DNA from: a virus
Lineage: Duplodnaviria; Caudoviricetes
Strand: one strand, 5' to 3'
Length of the DNA: 36,331 nucleotides
IMG/VR virus record: IMGVR_UViG_3300031519_006606
Coordinates: 1 to 36,331 of that record
A model generated the notes under the pieces. It did not search any database and was not told where the DNA came from. It saw nothing but the letters and a program-made list of their open reading frames with translations. Position numbers and translations under genes: made by a program. Of the stretch, positions 17,092-26,129 are shown one piece after another. Positions within the stretch are counted from its first letter, which is position 1; each line of letters opens with the position of its first letter.

Positions 17092-17859
17092 ATGATTCGT
17101 ATAATCTATAGAACCTGTGGATGGACTAATTGGGATAATAGACCTGAGTGGTTTCATTTTAGAAGTTGTTGGGACAATTTAGTATCAACAACTAAAAATG
17201 AAGATTGTGCTATAACAGTACTTTATGATGGTGAATTAAAAGGGCATGAAGAATATAATTATCATGCAGATGTGTTAGAAATTGATAGTGCAGCTAAACT
17301 TCCAGAAATACACAAAGACTGGGAGCTAAAAGGTGAGATGTATATTGATCATGATGAACAAGGTAGAGAAATACATAAAAGAGTAGAAGCTCCTGATCGA
17401 GAAAAAGCATCAGGATATTTAATGTATGAGTTAATTAGAGATAATATGTATGATTGGGATGATAATGATATTATCTATCTTGTAGAAGATGATTATATGC
17501 ACATATCTGGATGGCCTATTGTATTACAAAATGTATATGATATGTATGATGGAGTAGATTATGTATCTTTATATGATCACCCCGATAAATACACACAAAG
17601 ATACCAAGGATTATCTAGTCAAATCTTAGTATCAAATTATTGTCATTGGAGAACAGTACCTAGTAGTTGTGGAACTTTTGCCGGAAGGGTAAGAACTTTT
17701 AAAGAAGACTTAGATATTCATATGGGAAGTTTAGGTGATCATAATAAATTTACTCTGTTAGCTCAAAGAAATAGAAATATGATATCTGCAATGCCTGCTT
17801 TCGCTACTCATTGTGTTAATCCTTGGACCTCTCCTTTTAGGGACTGGGTTAAGGTATGA
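17092..17859 (+). CDS. GT-A fold glycosyltransferase-like protein
   Basis: IIYLVEDDYMH, SLYDHPDKY, ATH. Confidence 0.65.
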   Translation: MIRIIYRTCGWTNWDNRPEWFHFRSCWDNLVSTTKNEDCAITVLYDGELKGHEEYNYHADVLEIDSAAKLPEIHKDWELKGEMYIDHDEQGREIHKRVEAPDREKASGYLMYELIRDNMYDWDDNDIIYLVEDDYMHISGWPIVLQNVYDMYDGVDYVSLYDHPDKYTQRYQGLSSQILVSNYCHWRTVPSSCGTFAGRVRTFKEDLDIHMGSLGDHNKFTLLAQRNRNMISAMPAFATHCVNPWTSPFRDWVKV

Positions 17860-18872
17860 TACCTTTTTTAATTAAAAAACAACTTGATTCTGATAGATTT
17901 AATGAGTATTTAATTACTGCTAATACAACTAATCAATTTACAAACTATGGATACGCTGTTCAGTTACTTGAACAGCGTGCCAGAGATATGTTAAAAATTG
18001 ATGATAGTAAAGCTATAATTGCTACTTCTAGTGGTAGTACAGCTTTAGACGCTATAATATATGGAATGATAAGAAAAGATTCTCATAACTATAGAGTAGG
18101 AACTCAAGCATTTACTTTTCCCTCTAACACGATAGGTGCTGCACAAGGAGCTATCATAACTGATATGACTCCTCAATGTAATATACATTTAGATAATGAG
18201 TATATACAACAATCTGCTGATCTAGTTATAGTTACTAATATATTTGGTCACTTACAAGATATAACTGAAATATCTAGTAAAACAGAGCATAGAAATAAAA
18301 AATTAATATTTGATAATGCTGCCTCTCCTTATTCATTTTGGAATGGTTCTAATAGTTGTAATTTAGGAACAGCAAGTTATATATCACTACATCATACAAA
18401 ACCTATAGGTTTTGGAGAAGGTGGTTTAGTTATTATTGATAAAGAATATGAAGAAATGGTAAGAGCAGCCTGTGCATTTGGTAATATAAATGGTGTATTT
18501 AACGAATACAGTGGTAATTATAAAATGAGTGAATTAAATGCTGCTGGTATTTTACAATGGTGGGATCAATTTAACATTGATGAGATGCAGAATATATTTA
18601 TGAAAAATTACTATAATCTTAAATATCAAATGAGAAATGAGAATGGAGAGTCTTGGATTAATCATGATAATGATAAATGGTTTCCCACTTGTTTACCTTT
18701 TATATGTGATAAACCAGTAGAAAAATTATCAGGAGAATATTTAGATAGAGAATATAAAAAATACTATAAACCTTTAGGTAATGGTTATGTAGTATCTGAT
18801 ATTATGTATAATAATATTAAGTGTATGGCACTTACTAACGGAGTAGAAGAATGTTTAAACAGATCGCAGTAG
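17856..18872 (+). CDS. DegT-family aminotransferase (VioA-like candidate)
   Basis: SSGSTAL, FTFPS, IFDNAA, SLHHTK, GEGG, NYKMSE. Confidence 0.9.
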   Translation: MIPFLIKKQLDSDRFNEYLITANTTNQFTNYGYAVQLLEQRARDMLKIDDSKAIIATSSGSTALDAIIYGMIRKDSHNYRVGTQAFTFPSNTIGAAQGAIITDMTPQCNIHLDNEYIQQSADLVIVTNIFGHLQDITEISSKTEHRNKKLIFDNAASPYSFWNGSNSCNLGTASYISLHHTKPIGFGEGGLVIIDKEYEEMVRAACAFGNINGVFNEYSGNYKMSELNAAGILQWWDQFNIDEMQNIFMKNYYNLKYQMRNENGESWINHDNDKWFPTCLPFICDKPVEKLSGEYLDREYKKYYKPLGNGYVVSDIMYNNIKCMALTNGVEECLNRSQ

Positions 18873-19834
18873 TAACAGGATGTGCAGGTTTTATAGGAAT
18901 TACCTTTACAAGATTATTACTTGAAAAAGGATGGTTAGTATATGGAATAGATAAGTTTACATATGTAGCTAATTTTGAAGAAGTACAGTGGCTTGCAGAT
19001 ACATATCCTGATACTTTTACTTATGCTGTAGAAGACATTAAAGATATTGATAGACTTCCTGAGTGTGATGTAATATTTAATCTTGCAGCTGAGTCTGACG
19101 TAGATAATAGTATTTTAAATATAGATAGTTTTATTGATTCTAATATATCAGGAGTTAAAAATTTACTTGAAATCATAACACATAGAAGTGTTCAGATCAA
19201 AAACAATAAACCTTTATTTTTTCAAGTATCTACTGATGAAGTTTATGGAGATAAAACTGAAGGCAGTTTTGATGAAACAGCAGCCTTAATGCCTAGTAAC
19301 CCCTATGCAGCTACTAAAGCATCAGCAGATATGTTAGTAGAAAGTTGGTCTAGAACTCATGGATTAGATTATGTCATAGCTAGGCCATCTAATAACTATG
19401 GAGAGAATCAATATCCAGAAAAACTAATACCTACTGTAGTTAGACGTTTACAACGTGGTCAAAAAATTAAATTACATAATAATGGGTTACCTATAAGATC
19501 TTGGACGCACGTAGAAGATACAGCAGAAGCATTTATTTTACTGTATGAAAAAGCGTGCAGAAATAATATATATAATATACAATCAGATTACGAACAAACT
19601 AATTTAGTAACTGTTACAAAAATTATAAATGCTTATTTTATGGGGCATATAGATATTAGCATACCAGATTATGATGAGCATATAGATTATAATTATGATA
19701 GACCAGGACAAGATATAAGATACTCAATATCGTGTGAGTCTATTAAAAATTATGGTTGGACTCCTAAAAAAGGTTTTGATCAAGAAATTATTAAATTAGT
19801 AGATTTTTATAAAAAAAGAAAGTGGAAATGGTAA
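18851..19834 (+). CDS. rfbB: NDP-glucose 4,6-dehydratase (RmlB/RfbB-like)
   Basis: TGCAGFIG, DKFTY, AAESDVDNSI, STDEVYG, YAATK, NNYG.NQYPEKLIP, DRPGQD.RY. Confidence 0.9.
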   Translation: MFKQIAVVTGCAGFIGITFTRLLLEKGWLVYGIDKFTYVANFEEVQWLADTYPDTFTYAVEDIKDIDRLPECDVIFNLAAESDVDNSILNIDSFIDSNISGVKNLLEIITHRSVQIKNNKPLFFQVSTDEVYGDKTEGSFDETAALMPSNPYAATKASADMLVESWSRTHGLDYVIARPSNNYGENQYPEKLIPTVVRRLQRGQKIKLHNNGLPIRSWTHVEDTAEAFILLYEKACRNNIYNIQSDYEQTNLVTVTKIINAYFMGHIDISIPDYDEHIDYNYDRPGQDIRYSISCESIKNYGWTPKKGFDQEIIKLVDFYKKRKWKW

Positions 19835-20844
19835 TGAAAGTTTTTATTACAGGAATTAGTGGATTACTAGGTAGTACTATGGCTAGATATCTTATTATGC
19901 AAGGAGATAAAGTAGTAGGCATTGATAATATGATTGGAGGTGTAGAAGGTAATGTACCAGAACATCAAGATTGTGAATATCATAGAGGTGATATATTAGA
20001 TACAGAATTTATGAAAACAATTATGGCAGATTGTGATGTGGTATTTCATACAGCATCTCTTCCATATGAAGGATTAAGTGTATTTTCTCCTACAGTAACT
20101 GCTACCAGTATTGTATCAGGTACTATTAGTACGGCTATTGCAGCACTACATAATAAAGTTAGACTATTTGTAAATTGTTCATCTATGGCTAGATATGGAG
20201 ATCAAATTCCTCCTTTTACAGAAGACATGCCTACTAATCCTGTAGATCCTTATGGGTTAGCAAAAGTACAGGCAGAACAACATTTACAAATGTTGAGTGA
20301 GATACATGGATTAAACTATGTAACAGTAGTTCCTCATAATGTTATAGGAGTAGGACAAAGGTATTATGATCCTTTTAGGAATGTTGTAGGAATAATGATT
20401 AATAGAGCTGCACAGCATAAAAATCTTATTATATACGGTGATGGAGAACAAAAACGTTCTTTTTCTGATGTTAGAGATTGTATTATAGCTGTAGAAAGAA
20501 TTATGAATAGTAATCGTGAAGATCTGTGTGGACAAGTATTTAACATTGGTCCAGACGACAATGAGATGTCTATTAAACAATTAGCTACGTTAGTAACTCA
20601 ACTCTCAGAAGTTTATATAAAATTTGACCATTACCCTGACAGACCTAGAGAAGTTAAAGATGCTTATTGTTCTAGTGATAAGATTAGAAAAGAATTTAAT
20701 TATAATGCAGCTACGCCAGCTAAACAAACTATAGCAGATATGGTAAATTGGATTAAACCTATGGCACGAGAGTTTGAGTATCATTTACCTATAGAGCTTG
20801 TAACAGATCAAACACCTAAAACATGGACGGATAAATTAATCTAA
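19822..20844 (+). CDS. NAD-dependent epimerase/dehydratase
   Basis: TGISGLLG, SSMARYG, YGLAK, GDGEQKRSF; start may be 19834. Confidence 0.9.
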   Translation: MEMVMKVFITGISGLLGSTMARYLIMQGDKVVGIDNMIGGVEGNVPEHQDCEYHRGDILDTEFMKTIMADCDVVFHTASLPYEGLSVFSPTVTATSIVSGTISTAIAALHNKVRLFVNCSSMARYGDQIPPFTEDMPTNPVDPYGLAKVQAEQHLQMLSEIHGLNYVTVVPHNVIGVGQRYYDPFRNVVGIMINRAAQHKNLIIYGDGEQKRSFSDVRDCIIAVERIMNSNREDLCGQVFNIGPDDNEMSIKQLATLVTQLSEVYIKFDHYPDRPREVKDAYCSSDKIRKEFNYNAATPAKQTIADMVNWIKPMAREFEYHLPIELVTDQTPKTWTDKLI

Positions 20845-21059
20845 TGAGTAAAATCCAAGAAAAAATAACTGTAATAATGGATGAGTTACAACAAAAAATG
20901 GAAAGTAATGCTCATCTAACAGATCTTGCTGCAGTAGTTACTTTACTTGCACAAGTATCTATATACAAATCACATATGAATGATGAAGATAAAGATTATC
21001 ATGATGCGATTGTATGGTGGTTAGAAGACTATCCTGAAAAGAGTTGGCGTGTACAGTAG
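20844..21059 (+). CDS. Hypothetical protein
   Basis: 71-aa ORF coupled to the upstream stop (TAATG). Confidence 0.65.
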   Translation: MSKIQEKITVIMDELQQKMESNAHLTDLAAVVTLLAQVSIYKSHMNDEDKDYHDAIVWWLEDYPEKSWRVQ

Positions 21060-21273
21060 TGATTGTTGGCAATGTAAGTATGTTTGCTGGGCTATAGGCG
21101 CAGGGCAAGGAGTTTTATGCTTTCATCCAGAAAATCAAAAGTATAATCCAAAACCTCGCAAATATGTAGCACCAGGGAAAGAAGATAACTATTTGGTGAA
21201 TAAAGCAACGATTGTAAGATACATACCAGATGGTTGTACTTTTAGAGAAGAAAGAGTAAAAGATGACAGTTAA
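21049..21273 (+). CDS. Small Cys-rich protein
   Basis: CWQC...C...C...C; GTG start; tiles the operon. Confidence 0.6.
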   Translation: MYSSDCWQCKYVCWAIGAGQGVLCFHPENQKYNPKPRKYVAPGKEDNYLVNKATIVRYIPDGCTFREERVKDDS

Positions 21274-22003
21274 AGTAATTACACCTTATGTGTATGATAA
21301 TGAAATAGCAGAACATAAAAATAAGTTTTGGGATCTTGATATACATTATGAAAAAGATACAGCCGGAATCGGTTCTGATTTAATGTATCAAAAGATGTGG
21401 AATCAGTTTCCTGAACATGATATTTTTATACTTCATGCAGATATGCACCCATTTAAAGATGGGTGGTGGGAAGAAATGCTAACGTATGTAGACAAGTATC
21501 CAGAAGCAGGAATGTTGGGTTTATTATTGTTATATCCTGCACAGAATGATAATTATGAACACTATATACAGTGTGCTGGTGGACAATTTACTGATGGAAA
21601 ACCAGATCATTTTGGTAGTGGTTTAATACTTGAAAATAAATCACAATTTAAACAAAATTTAGAAGTTGACGATGGAAGGTACTTAGGAGTAAGAGAAGTA
21701 GCATGGACAACTTTTGGAGGTTGTTATCTTAGACGAAGTTTTCTTAATACTGTAGGAGATTTTAGTCCAGAGTATGAATGGACATATAATAGGGATGTTG
21801 ATTATTGTTTAAAAGCTAGAGAGGCAGGAGAACATATTTATCAAATACCTGTAAGATTACTACACCATGAATCAAGAGACAATAAAAGAATAAAAGATCA
21901 GTCTAAAGCTGATATGGAAACTAGAAATTTACAAACATTACTGGCGAAATGGGCAAATTCAAAATTTTATAAAACGCTGGACAAAGAGATAAAAAGTGGA
22001 TAA
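21263..22003 (+). CDS. Family 2-like glycosyltransferase
   Basis: ILHAD, LLYP, IQCAG, DVDYCL.AR..G, HHES. Confidence 0.85.
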   Translation: MTVKVITPYVYDNEIAEHKNKFWDLDIHYEKDTAGIGSDLMYQKMWNQFPEHDIFILHADMHPFKDGWWEEMLTYVDKYPEAGMLGLLLLYPAQNDNYEHYIQCAGGQFTDGKPDHFGSGLILENKSQFKQNLEVDDGRYLGVREVAWTTFGGCYLRRSFLNTVGDFSPEYEWTYNRDVDYCLKAREAGEHIYQIPVRLLHHESRDNKRIKDQSKADMETRNLQTLLAKWANSKFYKTLDKEIKSG

Positions 22004-22232
22004 AGTATATATAACGAAACAAGAAATGTACGATGGTATAGAAAAAGAAGCTAAAAAATTAAAATCAGGAGATAATGGGCCTATATTAACTGTAATATTA
22101 TGGATATGGATTTTATGGGCATTAGTATTTTTAATAATTCCTACTTTTATATCATTAGTGTTAGTATTTGTAATATATGCACCATTCTATATTGTAGATC
22201 AAAAAATTCTTAAAAGGAGAAATAATGGCTAA
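21996..22232 (+). CDS. Small membrane protein
   Basis: About 38-residue hydrophobic stretch. Confidence 0.65.
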   Translation: MDKVYITKQEMYDGIEKEAKKLKSGDNGPILTVILWIWILWALVFLIIPTFISLVLVFVIYAPFYIVDQKILKRRNNG

Positions 22233-22986
22233 ACTAAATAAAGTATGGGTGCAAGCAGCACTAGAAATGTCTCAAGTAGATAAAAGTAAACTTGATGATT
22301 GGCTTAAGAAAGTAGATGGAGCATCGTCTAGTAGGTTAAGAGGTTTTATTAATAATCTTTGTGGAGCTGATAATATAAATTACTTAGAAATAGGAGTTTA
22401 TAAAGGTGCTACTCTAATGTCTGCTATAGCTAGTAATCCTGCAACAAAAGCTGTAGGAATAGAAAATTCAATGTATGATTGGAGAAAACCTAATCCTGCT
22501 ACTATACCAGAAGGATCACCTTGTTGGCCTTCTATGATACGAGATCTTAACTATAATCTTGAAAAATGGACAACAACTCGTGGTTATGTGCCTAATGCTA
22601 TAACTATTATTGAAGATTCTTTTCAAAATGTAGATTACTCTAAACTACCTACTTTTAATATATGTTATTTAGATATAGAACAAATAAATGCCACTATTCT
22701 TGATGAATTTTTTACTATAGTATATCCACATCTTAATAAAGAGTGTGTCTTAATAGTATCAGGAGTTACAAACTCTATACTTATGGAAGAACTAAATAAA
22801 TCGTTACTAAGACATGATGATAATTTTACTATAGAATATGAATTTTTAGAAATTAGTGGTTCGGGATCAGATAGTAGAAATTATTGGAATGGTATTAGAA
22901 TACTAGGTTTAAAAAGAAAAGTTAAAGCAGCAGTTAAAGCAATAGTAAATAAAAAACCAACACCTAAACCCGTTAAAGAGGCTTAA
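22225..22986 (+). CDS. Class I SAM methyltransferase (Methyltransf_24-like)
   Basis: YLEIGVYKGAT, GIEN, YWNG. Confidence 0.8.
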   Translation: MAKLNKVWVQAALEMSQVDKSKLDDWLKKVDGASSSRLRGFINNLCGADNINYLEIGVYKGATLMSAIASNPATKAVGIENSMYDWRKPNPATIPEGSPCWPSMIRDLNYNLEKWTTTRGYVPNAITIIEDSFQNVDYSKLPTFNICYLDIEQINATILDEFFTIVYPHLNKECVLIVSGVTNSILMEELNKSLLRHDDNFTIEYEFLEISGSGSDSRNYWNGIRILGLKRKVKAAVKAIVNKKPTPKPVKEA

Positions 22987-23817
22987 ATGAAAAAGAAATC
23001 AGCAATAAGTTTAATAAGTTATGATGCAGCTTATTTACCTGAAAGTATTTCTAGATACTATAACTATGTAGATGAAATTGTATTAGGATTAGATAAAAAT
23101 AGAAAAACTTGGAGTGGTAATGCTTTTTCTTTTGATGAAAATAAATTATGGGCAGATCTAGGAGCTATTGACGGAGATTCTAAAATTTCTGTAGTAGAAG
23201 AAGATTTTGTAAAAAGTAGCATTGCTATTGAGAATGACAACTATGAGAGAAATTTTCTTAAAGCACAATGTAATAATGATTGGATTTTTAGTTTTGATGC
23301 AGATGAGTGGTTGATTAATTCAAAATACTTTTTTTATGAGTATTGTCCTTTTGTAGAGCGTTATTATAATAAAGTAGATATTTGTATGACTTGGGCAACT
23401 CCTTATAAGTCCATTGATGATACAACTTTAGTTATTGTAAATGAAGATGGTAGTCCGTTTTTTGGAGAAAATCAAGGAATAGTTACTTCTAAAGATAGTA
23501 CTTTTACATACGCTAGATGGACAGATAAAAGTGCAGCAGGAACAAATAGAGTTAGTTCTCCCCTTATTGCTTTACATTGGAGTCTTTGTAGAGAAAAATC
23601 AGACTTACATCAAAAAATTAATAATATAGGACACTCAGATATAGTAGAAAATGATCCTTTTTATCAAATATGGGATCAGGTAACTATGGATAACTATCAT
23701 GAATTACACAATTTTAAAACTTCAGGATTAGGTCAAGCACAATGGCCACGTTTAAGAGCCATCCCTGCTAGTGAAGTAGAAGATTTTTATAAACAAAACG
23801 AAGGACAGGCTTACTAA
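22987..23817 (+). CDS. Family 2-like glycosyltransferase
   Basis: VDEIV, ERN, DWIFSFDADE. Confidence 0.75.
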   Translation: MKKKSAISLISYDAAYLPESISRYYNYVDEIVLGLDKNRKTWSGNAFSFDENKLWADLGAIDGDSKISVVEEDFVKSSIAIENDNYERNFLKAQCNNDWIFSFDADEWLINSKYFFYEYCPFVERYYNKVDICMTWATPYKSIDDTTLVIVNEDGSPFFGENQGIVTSKDSTFTYARWTDKSAAGTNRVSSPLIALHWSLCREKSDLHQKINNIGHSDIVENDPFYQIWDQVTMDNYHELHNFKTSGLGQAQWPRLRAIPASEVEDFYKQNEGQAY

Positions 23818-23818
23818 T

Positions 23819-24982
23819 ATGATTATAGATTTTATAGGAAAATTTTATGACAACCACTCTCTATCTATTATTAATAGAAATTTAGTACTTAAATTAGCAG
23901 AACTACATCCTAATTGGGAAATTTCTATAACACCTTTAGATTCATATGATCCAGAGTATAGAGTTGAAAAAAATGTAGTCAAACAATTAAAAGTACTAGA
24001 ACAAGTAGAAACAGGCGAGCCTGATATCCAACTAAGACATTCGTATCCGCCTATATGGCAGTGGCCTGCAAGTGATAGAACTAAAGTTGTATTTATTCAA
24101 CCTTGGGAGTATACTAAAGCACCTTTTGAGTGGCAGTATAAATTTGAAACTTTTGCTGATGCACTAATTGTACCTAGTAACTTTATAGGAGATACATTTA
24201 GAAATGCCGGACTTAATCCTGAAAACTTGTACGTAGTTCCTAATGGTTATGACGATCAAGTATTTAATACAACAGAAGATAATTCAGATAGTGATCATAT
24301 AGATGGTGATAGGTTTAATTTTGTATATGTAGGTAATTCTCAGTGGAGAAAAGGTTTAGACATACTTATGAACTCTTGGAAGGATTCTTTTAAAAGATCT
24401 GATAAAGCTACATTAATTATAAAAGATAACCCTAAAATTTATGGACAAAGTAATATACTAGACGAAATTATAAAAATGCAAGTTAAAACAGGATGTTCAG
24501 AGATTATATATATAAATGATGATCTATCTGATAAAGAAATGGCAGCAATATTTAAAAGTTCAGATATTGTAGTACATCCTTATAGAGCAGAAGGATTTGG
24601 TATGCATATACAAGAAGCAATGGCTTGTGGGTGTATTCCCTTAGTATCAGAACTTGGTCCTACAGATGATTTTGTAAATGCTGACAATGGTTTTAAACTA
24701 CCAGTAAGTAGAAAAGCAGTAAATATCACAGATGCAAATGTATTTGCTATGAAACCTGGAGATGCTATGACAGGAATGAGTACTCATACTTTTTATAACG
24801 AACCTAATGCGGATAACTTAACAAACGGTATTAAGATGATCTACCATTCTCATAATAAAGCAGAAGAGGTTTATTCTAAAAAAGATAATATGAATATGGT
24901 AAATACTTGGAATAAAGTAGTAGAAGACTATGTTTCTATATTTGAACAAGTTAGTGCTAGACAAAATATTGTTAGATATTGA
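23819..24982 (+). CDS. GT-B (family 4) glycosyltransferase
   Basis: VPS.F, VVPNG.D, RKG.D.L, PYRAEGFGMHIQEAMACG. Confidence 0.9.
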   Translation: MIIDFIGKFYDNHSLSIINRNLVLKLAELHPNWEISITPLDSYDPEYRVEKNVVKQLKVLEQVETGEPDIQLRHSYPPIWQWPASDRTKVVFIQPWEYTKAPFEWQYKFETFADALIVPSNFIGDTFRNAGLNPENLYVVPNGYDDQVFNTTEDNSDSDHIDGDRFNFVYVGNSQWRKGLDILMNSWKDSFKRSDKATLIIKDNPKIYGQSNILDEIIKMQVKTGCSEIIYINDDLSDKEMAAIFKSSDIVVHPYRAEGFGMHIQEAMACGCIPLVSELGPTDDFVNADNGFKLPVSRKAVNITDANVFAMKPGDAMTGMSTHTFYNEPNADNLTNGIKMIYHSHNKAEEVYSKKDNMNMVNTWNKVVEDYVSIFEQVSARQNIVRY

Positions 24983-25016
24983 CTTTTTAATAATTTGTAA
25001 TACTATAGTGTTACAA
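24979..25016 (+). promoter_or_regulatory. Putative promoter with overlapping imperfect palindrome
   Basis: TTGACT-N16-TACTAT; TTGTAATACTATAGTGTTACAA at 24995-25016; AAGGAG RBS follows. Confidence 0.55.
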
Positions 25017-25026
25017 GGAGAATAAA

Positions 25027-25500
25027 ATGGATGAATTAGATGAATTTTTTGCAAATCTAGAGGTAGAAGCAATAAATAGTAAACCTACAGAAATACCTAG
25101 TTTAGATACAAAAATTATTAATGATTTTCACGGTAATATTCCTATTTTTAATGAAGAAGTTAGTGGGCAATTACCCACTATTACTCCTAAAGCGCAGATA
25201 TATATTACAGATGTGTTAGAACAAGGACAATATTTTAGATTTGCAGTAGATGGTGGTGGTTGTTCTGGTTTTAATTATGCTTTTGATGTAGAGACGCATC
25301 CTAAAAAAGATGATATACAATTTTCAGAAAACCCACCATCAGTTATTGACTCTATTAGTTTAAAGTATCTATACGGAAGTATTATAGATTTAGATACATC
25401 AGGATTAAGCAAGCAATTAAAAGTAGAAAATCCAGGAGCTAAAGCTAGTTGTGGTTGTGGAACTAGTTTTGCGTTTGATGAGTCTATGCTATTATCATGA
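25027..25500 (+). CDS. A-type Fe-S carrier (HesB/IscA/ErpA family) with acidic N-terminal extension
   Basis: GGGCSGFNY and NP.A..SCGCGTSF. Confidence 0.95.
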   Translation: MDELDEFFANLEVEAINSKPTEIPSLDTKIINDFHGNIPIFNEEVSGQLPTITPKAQIYITDVLEQGQYFRFAVDGGGCSGFNYAFDVETHPKKDDIQFSENPPSVIDSISLKYLYGSIIDLDTSGLSKQLKVENPGAKASCGCGTSFAFDESMLLS

Positions 25501-26129
25501 TGTATAAAGAAATTGTAAATGAAAGTGGGCTTCCTTGGTTAGAACTTAATATAGAAGTCCCACATCAAGAAATGTTACAAGAAGCTATAACACTAAAAGA
25601 TGAATTTGTAAAACATAGAGATGAAGATAACGGATCAGGATATAGTCATAAAGGTTGGAGAAGTCTTTGTATTCATGGTATAGATGCGTATAAAACTAAT
25701 CATTATGAACAATATGGTTATACATCAAATGAGCAAGCCCCTTATACATGGACAGATATATGTTCTAAATGCCCTGTAACTAAAGAATTTTTTCAAGATT
25801 ATTTTCCTTATGATACTTATTATAGAGTTAGATACATGTTATTAGAGCCGCAAGGCTACATAACTCCACACACAGATACGGATGTTCATAAATTATCTCC
25901 AGTTAACTTAGCATTGAATAATCCTGAAGGTTGTAATTTTAAAATGAAGGGTCACAAAGGTTTTTTACCTTTTTCTGCAGGAAAAGCATTACTACTAGAT
26001 GTAGGTAATACACATGCAGTATATAATAATAGTAATGAAGATAGATACCATATAATAATACATGGTAAAGTAAATAAACAATTTAAACAGTTAGTAGAAT
26101 ATAGTTATGCGAAAAATGGGTCTCAATAA
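25497..26129 (+). CDS. Aspartyl/asparaginyl beta-hydroxylase-like oxygenase
   Basis: RVRYMLLEPQGYITPHTD ... HAVYNNSNEDRYHIIIH. Confidence 0.85.
   Translation: MMYKEIVNESGLPWLELNIEVPHQEMLQEAITLKDEFVKHRDEDNGSGYSHKGWRSLCIHGIDAYKTNHYEQYGYTSNEQAPYTWTDICSKCPVTKEFFQDYFPYDTYYRVRYMLLEPQGYITPHTDTDVHKLSPVNLALNNPEGCNFKMKGHKGFLPFSAGKALLLDVGNTHAVYNNSNEDRYHIIIHGKVNKQFKQLVEYSYAKNGSQ

Noticed and set aside
10340-24982. Bacterial O-antigen or capsule locus
   Set aside because: No flippase, polymerase or exporter; interleaved with phage-type genes and short unknown ORFs; bS21 and ssrA are out of their cellular context
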